Of a stretch of 64,000 nt of DNA, positions 21,253 through 30,984 are shown in pieces. Positions within the stretch are counted from its first letter, which is position 1. Each line of letters begins with the position of its first letter. The notes under the pieces were generated by a model, which saw nothing but the letters and a program-made list of their open reading frames with translations, was not told the origin of the DNA and did not search any database. Made by a program: the position numbers and the translations under genes. Source of the stretch: Gammaproteobacteria bacterium. Lineage in GTDB: Bacteria; Pseudomonadota; Gammaproteobacteria; SZUA-140. The DNA is taken from the NCBI GenBank assembly GCA_021648525.1, contig JAKISP010000011.1, positions 9,308 through 73,307 of the forward strand, read 5' to 3'.

Positions 21253-21342
21253 CGAGCGCCGTTGTTACTGAAATCTCATTCCGAGCCTGGCAGGTGTTCC
21301 CCATGAATCCTGGGGTCCTGTCGCAGCGCTCCTCAGAATGAG
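21253..21342 (-). ncRNA. SAH riboswitch upstream of ahcY
   Basis: Minus strand CTCATTCTGAGGAGCGCTGCGACAGG...CCTGCCAGGCTCGGAATGAG...AACGGCGCTC: P1 pairing, conserved GAGGAGCG/CCAGGCTC cores and the 3' pseudoknot segment. Confidence 0.9.
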
Positions 21343-21480
21343 GGGGAATCTTTAAGTTTAGTTGAATTCTTCCTACCCTTAAGGGCACATGTGTATCGGT
21401 AGATCTGAGTGCGAAGTTTAATCCAGATTGGGGTGTGAATAAAACCCCAATCTGTGTGACTTGTTTAACGGTTCAGGCTA

Positions 21481-22641
21481 TTAAATATTGACGGCGGCAC
21501 GCAGTGCGTCAGCCTTGTCGGTTTTTTCCCAGGTGAAGTCAGGCTCTTCACGACCAAAGTGACCATAAGCTGCGGTGGTGCGGTAGATGGGACGCAGTAG
21601 ATCAAGCATTGCAATCAGCCCCTTTGGACGCAGGTCGAAGTGTTCTCGAACCAGCTCAACAATTTTGTCGTTTGAAATTTTACCGGTACCAAAGGTTTCA
21701 ATTGAGATTGAAGTGGGTTCAGCCACACCAATCGCATAAGAGACCTGAATTTCACAGCGATCTGCTAAACCGGCAGCAACCACATTTTTTGCTACGTAGC
21801 GCCCGGCATAAGCGGCTGAACGATCAACCTTTGATGGGTCTTTGCCAGAGAATGCGCCGCCACCGTGGCGTGCCATGCCGCCGTAGGTGTCAACAATAAT
21901 CTTACGTCCGGTCAGGCCGCAATCACCCACTGGGCCACCCACTACAAAACGGCCGGTTGGATTGATGTGATATTGAGTGTCACCATTAATCCACTCAGCA
22001 GGCAGTACGGGCTTGATGATTTCTTCCATTACTGCTTCGCGTAGATCGTCGGTGCTGATTTCTGGGTTGTGCTGGGTTGAAAGTACGACTGCTTCGATGC
22101 CGACTGGTTTGTGATCTTCATAACGGAAGGTGACCTGACTTTTCGCATCTGGGCGCAGCCACGGTAGCGTGCCGTTTTTACGTACGTCGGCCTGGCGTTT
22201 GACTAGCTTGTGCGCGTAGTGAATGGGTGCTGGCATCAATACGTCGGTCTCGTTTGAGGCGTAACCAAACATCAGGCCCTGGTCACCCGCGCCCTGTTCG
22301 TGGTCGTCGAATTCATCAACGCCTTGTGCGATGTCGGCTGACTGTTTGTCGATTGAGGTGATGACCGCGCAGGACTCATAATCAAATCCCATTTCCGAGC
22401 TGTTGTAGCCGATCTCTTTAACGGTTTTGCGTACTACCGCTTGCATGTCAACCCACGCAGAGGTGGTGATTTCACCCGAGAGGATCACCATGCCGGTGTT
22501 GACCATTGTTTCGCAGGCAACACGTGCTGCGGGGTCCTGTTCGAAAATAGCGTCTAGTACCGCATCAGAGATTTGATCGGCAACCTTATCTGGGTGACCT
22601 TCAGAAACAGATTCAGAAGTGAAGAGATGTGATGTTGTCAT
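21481..22641 (-). CDS. metK: S-adenosylmethionine synthetase
   Basis: [28 protein letters not shown]. Start ATG 22641 with an SD (ORF extends to 22722). Confidence 0.98.
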   Translation of the reverse strand: MTTSHLFTSESVSEGHPDKVADQISDAVLDAIFEQDPAARVACETMVNTGMVILSGEITTSAWVDMQAVVRKTVKEIGYNSSEMGFDYESCAVITSIDKQSADIAQGVDEFDDHEQGAGDQGLMFGYASNETDVLMPAPIHYAHKLVKRQADVRKNGTLPWLRPDAKSQVTFRYEDHKPVGIEAVVLSTQHNPEISTDDLREAVMEEIIKPVLPAEWINGDTQYHINPTGRFVVGGPVGDCGLTGRKIIVDTYGGMARHGGGAFSGKDPSKVDRSAAYAGRYVAKNVVAAGLADRCEIQVSYAIGVAEPTSISIETFGTGKISNDKIVELVREHFDLRPKGLIAMLDLLRPIYRTTAAYGHFGREEPDFTWEKTDKADALRAAVNI

Positions 22642-23026
22642 GCCGTCCTCTTTGGAGTATGTGTTGCAGATTTTCGTCTGCCCATGAAGTGATCCTGTCC
22701 ACGATGATTGTTTTTGTACCAATGTAAAGTTTGGCGATTGTAGCGGCTAGTGAATGATATGTCATTAGGTTGGCATGTGATACCCCTTAGAAATCAGGGT
22801 ACTTGCTTTGCAGTGGTCTGCGTATAGTGGTGTTTAAGGAATATGCGTACCCAGTGGTACACCGACTGGAGGAAAAAAGATAAAGAATATGGCTGAGTGA
22901 AGATGAGGGAATTAATTTAGAAAGAATGGTGAGGCTATTACGTACGGTCCTTACTTAATTGAGGGGCTGAATAGTGCTATCGTGCAAAGGTCTCGCTTAG
23001 TATTTATTATGCCTGGCTGATAAGTT

Positions 23027-23449
23027 TTATACCGCCATAGAAAATTGCGCGATAGTGCTCGCTTTTATTTTTGTAGAGGAAGTTTGAGAATTATAGCTAA
23101 CCTGAACAATGGATTTACCTGCTTTCTTCATAAAACCCTCAACTTCAATATTATGAGACTTACTCCCCCAGTCCTCTCCAATGACAAAAATATCGACACC
23201 TAATTCTTTGCATGCTGATGTGTATTCCAGCTCATGATAAGGACGTACAATATCAACACAACGTAAAGCTTTCAGCATTTCCATTCTCTGCTCCAGAGGG
23301 ATGACAGGCGGCTTAAATTTATAACTCGCCACTACCTCATCCGAGGCGACCCCAACGGCGACCATATTGCCTAATGCTTTACAGTGCCTGAGTAACGCCA
23401 AATGGCCAACATGAAGTAAATCCCAGGTTCCAACTGTGTAGACAAGCAT
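23027..23449 (-). CDS. HxGH-family cytidylyltransferase (TagD/GCT-like)
   Basis: YTVGTWDLLHVGHL, GVASDE, IGEDW, C-terminal SSTKIK motif. Confidence 0.85.
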   Translation of the reverse strand: MLVYTVGTWDLLHVGHLALLRHCKALGNMVAVGVASDEVVASYKFKPPVIPLEQRMEMLKALRCVDIVRPYHELEYTSACKELGVDIFVIGEDWGSKSHNIEVEGFMKKAGKSIVQVSYNSQTSSTKIKASTIAQFSMAV

Positions 23450-23536
23450 ATATTATATTCTCACTCTAAATAAAACGAGACATGATAACATACTGTCGCT
23501 GTATTCTAAAATAGAAGCCTACTCTTCAGGATAACA

Positions 23537-24193
23537 ATGACCACCGACCCCTCTAAAGCCCAGGAATCACAACCAGGTTCTATCCTCTCCTACGCTAAGG
23601 ATTTGCCTAACCTTTGCTCGTTGGTAGGGCTAGCCTGCACCCTGTTCGCTATATACTTCAGCATATCAGGGCTGTACGCAGCCGCAATGATAGGCATGAT
23701 CTGGGCCGTGGCTTTTGACTGGGCTGATGGCCTCATTGCTCGAAGAATGAAAGGCCGCACTGGAAATGACCGCGTTTTTGGTGGTCAACTCGATGTATTA
23801 ATTGATATTGTTAGTTACGGCGTTGCTCCCGCTATTTTGCTTCTGAGTTACGGGGGGTTCGAACTTATTTACTTGCCTGGTGCATTTCTAATGTTGGCAG
23901 CGAGTGCATTACGACTGAGTTACTTCAGTACTTTTGGTCTTTCTGGTGGAACCCGATACAGGGGACTGGCCCTTGATAACAATAGCATTATTCTAGTATT
24001 TATCTTTTTGTTTGAGGGACTATTTAGCCACGGTATTTTTTCTATTATTCTCTATACCAGCGGAGTAGCACTCGCAGCCTTAAATGTATCCAGTATACAA
24101 ACTCCCAAGCTATCTGGGAATCCTGTCAATGTCTTTATTCTCGCTGCTTACACTATAGGAATTACTGTAATTTATAGCTGGAAGATGTGGTGA
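23537..24193 (+). CDS. CDP-alcohol phosphotransferase (PssA-like subfamily)
   Basis: Signature DWADGLIAR...GGQLDVLID, VSYGVAPA, ALRLSYF; hydrophobic. Confidence 0.88.
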   Translation: MTTDPSKAQESQPGSILSYAKDLPNLCSLVGLACTLFAIYFSISGLYAAAMIGMIWAVAFDWADGLIARRMKGRTGNDRVFGGQLDVLIDIVSYGVAPAILLLSYGGFELIYLPGAFLMLAASALRLSYFSTFGLSGGTRYRGLALDNNSIILVFIFLFEGLFSHGIFSIILYTSGVALAALNVSSIQTPKLSGNPVNVFILAAYTIGITVIYSWKMW

Positions 24194-24587
24194 TGAAACG
24201 GTTTATGAGCATAACCGTTACTATGCTAATAACTAGATGAAATAATGCAACGAAATTTTGATTCCAAATTGCGCCGCGGCGCATATTTGAAGTATTACTA
24301 CTAAAAATGGTGCGATCAATCATGGTCTCTGAATCGACCAATACCGCAGCATCACCATCAGTATCTCCAGGATCGATTGTGTTGTGAATCACAGATTTCC
24401 CGTGCAACACTTCATTATGGTTGAAATTTTAATTGAGAACAGTGAGCGTTTCACTTTCAGAATAAATAACGTCGCCAAATTTTTTCACTGAGTTTTCTTT
24501 AAAAACAGTATCACATAATGTAATTTCGCTGTTATAGGCTAACAACCTGCCATCACGTACCTCATTGCTATCATCACCATAGCCATT
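24162..24587 (-). pseudogene. Degenerate fragment of a beta-helix repeat protein (FxxN...GGAI type)
   Basis: The ORF-track frame (24162-24410) continues upstream past one TAA at 24429-24431: CDTVFKENSVKKFGDVIYSESETLTVLN*NFNHNE ... IDRTIFSSNTSNMRRGAIWN. Confidence 0.4.
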
Positions 24588-24945
24588 TTAGGAGGGCGTG
24601 CGAAGGGTGCCGAGGATAATTACCTGTCGCGTCAGTGGGTGGGTTTTGGCCGATGAGATTTTTATCTTCACACAGCACCTTAAATGGTAGCGTCAATATC
24701 GCAATTGATCTTGCCATTCATGTATCGTTTGTTGTTTTTAGTTTAAAGAAATAACAGATGATTCTGACTGGCACCTTTTGGCATGGATGCTAAATTATAT
24801 CTAATGAAGTAATGACACAATCGAGTATTTCTATATCTGGGAAAATACTTTTCAAATTTCACTGTAACTCCGATGCCTCAAGCCGTGTATTATGTTTTTC
24901 CTTTAAGGGTTAAGAGGGCTGGTTTTTAAAAAATAAGGAGATAGC

Positions 24946-25393
24946 ATGTCAATTTATAAATTACACTGGATTAGTGGTAGTGCCTATGCTTGGCGAGTAA
25001 TGCTTGCTTTATCACACAAAAATATCAAGTATGAATCACAGATAATAGATGCAGCAACATGGGATCGCGAAGCATCAGGGTTCTTAAAATTAAACCCGAG
25101 AGGGAAAGTCCCCGTATTGGAAGATGGCGATAATGGCTTATCTGGAGCGAAAGCACCCAGAAAATCCTTTGTTTGGTTCTACTGATAAAGAAACGGGGAT
25201 AATCTGGCAGCGAATAAATGAGACTGAGCAATATGCTATTGAACCTGTGCTAACGCTTGCGAAAGCGCTTATGCTGAAAACAGCACTCAATAATATTGAT
25301 ACGTGCAACGAAGGTGCAAGAGAAATCACGAAAGAATTATCGACAATTGATGCCTGGTTAGATAAAGGTGATTATTTAGCTGGGGAAATCTAG
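24946..25393 (+). pseudogene. Glutathione S-transferase, frameshifted and truncated
   Basis: Frame 1 reads WISGSAYAWRVMLAL...LNPRGKVPVLEDGD; frame 2 reads MAIMAYLERKHPENPLF...DYLAGEI*. The conserved ES dipeptide is missing at the junction. Confidence 0.85.
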
Positions 25394-25452
25394 CAGTGCA
25401 GTCACTCATCCGATTATTCCTGAAATAACACGACGGTTCGAATCTTTATTGC

Positions 25453-26361
25453 CTAGATACCCAGGTGAGGTGATAGCTCATCTATGTGTTCAACACAATA
25501 ATCTTTAAACAGCCGAACGATTCGCGACAGATTGCGGTTGCTTGGATAGACTGCAGACAACGTTGTTGATGGAAGGCGCCATTTCGGGATAACTTCGACC
25601 AGCCTGCCGTCGAGCAAAGCCTTGCCACAGATGGTAGATGGTATTTCAGCGATGCCTTGCCCGGCTGTAATCGCAGATAAAATGCCAGCATAATCATTCA
25701 GTGCAAGAACCGCCTGAATTTTCACTTTATGGACATTGTTGTTATTGACTAGCTGCAGCGAGACATTATTAAACCAGCCGCCAAAAACAATCATACGGTG
25801 GGCCTGTAAGTCATCAGGGTGATTCGGGGCACCACTGGTGTTTAGGTAATCGGGAGAGCTGACCAGTACATGTCGATAGCAGCAGAGTGGTCGAGCGACC
25901 AGGCTGCTGTCTTTGAGGTCCCCGACGCGTAATGCAAGGTCGACAGTGTCCTTGATAAAATCCACGTTCCTTTCGGTAATTAAAATTTTAACCGTCACAG
26001 CTGGGTAAGCAATTTGAAACGCGCTGACCAGGGGAATAACCAGTTGCTCAGACATGCCGGGCGGAACCGACAGGCGCAGGGTACCTGAAATATCTGCCTG
26101 CCGTTCATGTAGCATCAGAGCAGCGGTTTCGATTTCCGCTAGACCCCGACGGCAACAGGAATAGTAGACCTGTCCTAACTCGGTTAACCGCAGTTGACGC
26201 GTGGATCGTTCCAGCAAGCGTACGCCCAGTGCTTTTCCCAGTCCGCTTACCTTGCGGCTTACGGTAGAAACAGGCACGTTAAGGCGCTTAGCAGTCGCCG
26301 AAAAACTCTTATTTTCGGCGACCTTAACAAACAGGGCCATGGCATTCAGATCAGGAGACAC
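25453..26361 (-). CDS. LysR-family transcriptional regulator (CrgA/DmlR-like)
   Basis: HTH SFSATAKRLNVPVSTVSRKV, LLERSTRQLRLTELG, DLALRVG; divergent from the NTF2-like gene. Confidence 0.93.
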   Translation of the reverse strand: MSPDLNAMALFVKVAENKSFSATAKRLNVPVSTVSRKVSGLGKALGVRLLERSTRQLRLTELGQVYYSCCRRGLAEIETAALMLHERQADISGTLRLSVPPGMSEQLVIPLVSAFQIAYPAVTVKILITERNVDFIKDTVDLALRVGDLKDSSLVARPLCCYRHVLVSSPDYLNTSGAPNHPDDLQAHRMIVFGGWFNNVSLQLVNNNNVHKVKIQAVLALNDYAGILSAITAGQGIAEIPSTICGKALLDGRLVEVIPKWRLPSTTLSAVYPSNRNLSRIVRLFKDYCVEHIDELSPHLGI

Positions 26362-26476
26362 GAAATTTCCAAATTTAGAATAAAGATTTGCTGATTGTAT
26401 GTATATATATTCCAGGCCACAGGAAAGCTATAACATACTCCTTAATTATCACAATCAACCAATAAGGAGATTAATC

Positions 26477-26945
26477 TTGAACTCTCAATTAATGAAAATG
26501 ATGGCTGTAGCGCTTTGCGTAGTCGGGCAAATTTCTATTGTGCATGCTGCTAGTTCAGAACAAAAAAACATCCACAAGGTGCTTAAAAGCTACGAGCAAG
26601 TACTCAATGCCAGTGACGTAGCTGGTGTCGCGAAGCTCTACACCAAAGACGGTGTTTTTATGGCGCAGCATAAGCCCTCAGTCGTCGGTATTTCTGCGAT
26701 TAAAGCTGCCTACAAGTCCATATTTCAAGTCATTGACCTCAACATTAATTTCGATATTATCGAAATCGAAGTAATCGCCGATGACTGGGCGTTCGCTCGC
26801 ACTAATTCAGCAGGCACTGCTACGGTTAACGCGACTGGCGATAAAATCCCCGAAGGTAATCAGGAATTGTTTCTGTTTAAAAAAAACCGGTAAAGGTGAC
26901 TGGAAAATTGCACGTTACAGCTTTTCAACTACGAATCCTCGTTGA
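26477..26945 (+). pseudogene. Secreted NTF2/SnoaL-like (DUF4440/YybH) protein with a +1 frameshift in an A8 run
   Basis: SD AAGGAG plus TTG 26477, signal peptide, WAFARTNS, GNQELF. Removing one A at 26879-26886 restores KKTGKGDWKIARYSFSTTNPR*. Confidence 0.8.
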
Positions 26946-26986
26946 TAGTAAAGGGTTCGATCTTAGTATCCAGAGTCATCGGGCAC

Positions 26987-27186
26987 CCCTGAACCTCTGA
27001 TAGAAATTCTCAAAATGCAAGAAGCCCTGGCTGTGTAATGGTGATAAAACAAGCCAGCACCCAACCGGTGAAACAGCCAGGGTTTATGCACAACCACCTG
27101 ACTAATTGATGACCACAAATGACCTGCTAACGTCACAAGAGGGTCTATTGGCGATCAGGGGGCTGTATCTCTTACCGGTTATTTAA
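26987..27186 (+). mobile_element. Possible left-end remnant of an IS (IS1380-like)
   Basis: CCCTGAACC.. end-like sequence, 10-bp IR (27025-27034 / 27073-27082), short ORF MTTNDLLTSQEGLLAIRG resembling IS1380 transposase N termini from memory. Confidence 0.25.
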
Positions 27187-27393
27187 AGTCAGACTATCTT
27201 CTCAACAGCAATCATCAAGAATTGAAACGCTTAGGACTCTATCCATAGCATGGTTAGTTAATGTTCTGTTGATAAAAGCTGAAGTTGTCCAGGTGAGATG
27301 GGTGCTATTTCGTTATCATGGTAGCCAATGTCATTCTGTTTTGCTTTACAATGAACAAAAGTTTTTTGAATAAACTGCAGGGGTATATGTTAA

Positions 27394-27876
27394 ATGCTCG
27401 CTCAATTTCTTAGAAAAAATGCTCGCACAATGCCGGTAAAATTATTGATGTTTATCGGCAATCTCTGGTCCCCATTTCGTGGCGCAGGCATAAAAATAGT
27501 GAAGGTCTCAGATGACTATCGATTGATGGAAGTCGAGATGAAATTGAAATGGTCGAACAAAAATTATGTCGGTACGCATTTTGGCGGTTCTATGTATGCG
27601 ATGACTGACCCGTTTTATATGATGATGTTAATTAACAACCTCGGTCCAGAATATATTGTCTGGGACAAAGCGGCGAGGATTGAGTTTAAGAAGCCTGGCA
27701 AAGGAACAATCCGCGTTCGTTTTGAGTTTAGCGAAGAAGAAATCCTTGCTATAAAAGAAAAAGCAGATGAGTCTGGAAAATATATATTCGATAAGCCTGT
27801 TGATATAAAAAATGAATCTGATGAGATTGTCGCGACAGTGGTTAAGACCCTGTATGTTCGCCGTAGGCGTGATTGA
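27394..27876 (+). CDS. DUF4442 domain hotdog-fold (thioesterase-like) protein
   Basis: NLWSPFRGAGI, NYVGTHFGGSMYAMTDPFYM, IVWDKAA. Confidence 0.85.
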   Translation: MLAQFLRKNARTMPVKLLMFIGNLWSPFRGAGIKIVKVSDDYRLMEVEMKLKWSNKNYVGTHFGGSMYAMTDPFYMMMLINNLGPEYIVWDKAARIEFKKPGKGTIRVRFEFSEEEILAIKEKADESGKYIFDKPVDIKNESDEIVATVVKTLYVRRRRD

Positions 27877-27952
27877 AAAAACAAAACCTCAAGCGCTCAT
27901 GATCGACAGGATCTTTGAACTTGTAGCTAGCGCTTACCGGAGGCATTTTGTT

Positions 27953-29335
27953 TTATTCGGCGTCAGGTATGGTCTTACCCGCATTCAGAATTCCATTGGG
28001 GTCAAATTGGTGCTTGATCTGGCGCATTAAGCCAAGCGTGACTTGATCAATTTCACGCCCTACAAATTCTCGTTTGGCAATGCCAACGCCATGTTCACCT
28101 GAAATAGTACCATTGAGTTTTAGCACCAGATCAAATACCGCGTCGAGACACTGTTCCGCATCTTTCATCTGCTGCGGATCATCGGGGTCAAGCAACAGGT
28201 TGGTATGCAGGTTACCATTACCGGCGTGACCAAAATTGACGATTGGAATGTTGTACTGTTTCGATAGCCGTTGCAGTTCGCGCGTTAATTCTGGCAGGCG
28301 CGAAACAGGCACCACGATATCTTCGTTGATTTTTTTAGGCGCGACGTTACGTAGCGCTGGAGAGAGCGCCTTGCGGGTATTCCACAGCGCCTGAATCTCT
28401 GCCTGGGTGGTCGCAGCGGTAAGCTCAATCAGGCCGTTGTTGCGTGCAGCATCGCTCACTTTTTTAACCGCTTCATCAAGGCTTGCGCTAAGTCCATCGA
28501 CTTCAATCATCAACATCGCTCCGGCTCCTGTGGGCAGGTCCGATTTTGAGTAGTGACGGATCATCTCAATCGCAGTGCCATCGATAAACTCTAGCGCACA
28601 GGGCACAACCGCCTGCGCCATGATGGCTGAGACTGCTTTGGCTGCGTCGTCAATGGTGGTGTAAACCGCCTGCAGGGTACGTTTGGCCTCGGGTAGCGGG
28701 GTGAGCTTGAGGGTCGCCTCGGTGATGATCGCGAGGGTTCCTTCGGAGCCGATTAATAATCGAGTGAGGTCGTAGCCGACGACACCTTTGGTGGTATAGA
28801 CACCGCAGCGGATTTCACGCCCATCACCGGTGATGGCGCGTAGCCCGAGTGTGTTTTCACGTGGCGTGCCGTATTTTACTGCGCGCGGGCCTGATGAGTT
28901 GTGAGCAAGGTTGCCGCCAATAGTACAGACTGCAGCACTGGTAGGATCTGGTGGCCAGAAGAAACCGTGTTCACCTGCGGCCTTTTGAACCTCCTGATTG
29001 GTAACACCTGGGGCCACCACCATGACGCGATTGGCAGGGTCGACTTTGATGATCTCGCGCATGCGCTCAAACGAGAGCACCACGCCACCAAACAGTGGCA
29101 CGGTTGCGCCAGTGGTGCCGGTGCCTTTACCGCGCGCGGTGACGGCAATTTTATGCCGATTGCAGAACTGGATGACTTTGAGTGTCTGGGCGTGGTCCTG
29201 CGGGAAGAGTACCGCTTCCGGTAGTGCTTCACGGCGGCTATTGTCGTAACCATATGGCCAGCAGTCTGCGGGATCGTGCAGCAGATTTTCATTGCCGACA
29301 ATGGTGCGCAGCGCGGCCAGTAATTCAGCCCTCAT
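27953..29335 (-). CDS. FAD-linked oxidase, GlcD / D-lactate dehydrogenase family
   Basis: RGKGTGTTG, PPDPTS, GPRAVKYG, GSEGTL, GHAGNGNLH, GEHGVG. Confidence 0.9.
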   Translation of the reverse strand: MRAELLAALRTIVGNENLLHDPADCWPYGYDNSRREALPEAVLFPQDHAQTLKVIQFCNRHKIAVTARGKGTGTTGATVPLFGGVVLSFERMREIIKVDPANRVMVVAPGVTNQEVQKAAGEHGFFWPPDPTSAAVCTIGGNLAHNSSGPRAVKYGTPRENTLGLRAITGDGREIRCGVYTTKGVVGYDLTRLLIGSEGTLAIITEATLKLTPLPEAKRTLQAVYTTIDDAAKAVSAIMAQAVVPCALEFIDGTAIEMIRHYSKSDLPTGAGAMLMIEVDGLSASLDEAVKKVSDAARNNGLIELTAATTQAEIQALWNTRKALSPALRNVAPKKINEDIVVPVSRLPELTRELQRLSKQYNIPIVNFGHAGNGNLHTNLLLDPDDPQQMKDAEQCLDAVFDLVLKLNGTISGEHGVGIAKREFVGREIDQVTLGLMRQIKHQFDPNGILNAGKTIPDAE

Positions 29336-29341
29336 CTCGGT

Positions 29342-29926
29342 TTAGGGTGCTTCGATGTATTCAAAAACTTTTACGATTCCCTGGACGCCTTTCACTCGCT
29401 GAGTGATCCTGGCTGCGGTATCTCCCGCTTTGCGAGTCACCAGCCCCATCAGATAGACGATGCCGCGTTCACTCACTACCTTGAAGTGACCGCTGGTGAC
29501 GCCTCTGGTGCTGAGTAGCGAACTTTTTACTTTGAAGGTGATCGCAGCATCGTTGTTTTGCACCTTGAGTCCAATTGGTGTGGTGATCTTGATTTCGTTG
29601 TTGACCTGTTTGATCTTCATATTTTGACGCGCGTGTGCTGCGGCTCGTTTGCGGTGCTGTTCGCTAGGTACCTGGCCGAGGAGAAGCGCGACGCCGTTGA
29701 ACACGGTCACCTTGATACGCGCATTTTTTATCAGTTGGGTATCGGAGTGGATAGCGTTGGTGATCTTTAATTCGCTGGTCTGATCATCCAGGATGGTACC
29801 GGCACTACGCCGATCCTGGGTGACGATGGCGCTAGTCGCGGCACCTGCAACAATGATCGGCGCACATCCCTGTAGGGATGTGACAATGAGCAGGGTTGCA
29901 AGGGTGGCTCCAATGAGTCTCTTCAC
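29342..29926 (-). CDS. BON-domain lipoprotein (YraP/DolP-like)
   Basis: Lipobox LQGC, DRRSAGTILDD, two BON domains. GTG 29926 with SD AGGAG. Confidence 0.9.
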   Translation of the reverse strand: MKRLIGATLATLLIVTSLQGCAPIIVAGAATSAIVTQDRRSAGTILDDQTSELKITNAIHSDTQLIKNARIKVTVFNGVALLLGQVPSEQHRKRAAAHARQNMKIKQVNNEIKITTPIGLKVQNNDAAITFKVKSSLLSTRGVTSGHFKVVSERGIVYLMGLVTRKAGDTAARITQRVKGVQGIVKVFEYIEAP

Positions 29927-29928
29927 AA

Positions 29929-30546
<618 letters not shown>

Positions 30547-30575
30547 TTATCGTCTGAATGAAATGTTAACAGACC

Positions 30576-30965
30576 CTAATAGTTAGCCTGAAAAGCGTCC
30601 TGTATCCATTGGATGTCTGGTTGTGTTGTTGCCTGTGTTTCTGCGTGGATGGCAATCACGTCAAAACGAGCTGGCTGCCTTGCTGCTCGCCGGTTTTTCT
30701 GCAAATAGTGTAACGCACTCACGATTAACTTGTCTTGTTTACGCCGATCGACACTGGCGTGGGCACCGCCAAAGCGGTTGTTGCGGCGGTAGCGCACCTC
30801 AATAAAGACAATGCTGTCGTGGTGTTGCATGATAAGGTCGATTTCACCGCGTCGGCAGCGAAAGTTGCGGGTGATGAGGGTTAACCCCTGTTGTTGCAGG
30901 TATTCGAGTGCGATTGCCTCAGCGGCGTCGCCACTGGTTTGTGTGTTGCTCATAGCGCCGTCCAT
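30576..30965 (-). CDS. yraN: YraN (UPF0102) family protein
   Basis: RNFRCRRGEIDLIM, FIEVRYR, RFDVIAI. Confidence 0.93.
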   Translation of the reverse strand: MDGAMSNTQTSGDAAEAIALEYLQQQGLTLITRNFRCRRGEIDLIMQHHDSIVFIEVRYRRNNRFGGAHASVDRRKQDKLIVSALHYLQKNRRAARQPARFDVIAIHAETQATTQPDIQWIQDAFQANY

Positions 30966-30984
30966 GGCATGTCCTTGAATGGTT

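Noticed and set aside
24769-24783. TGGCAC-CTTT-TGGCA as a sigma54 promoter
   Set aside because: GG to GC spacing is one base short of the strict -24/-12 requirement.
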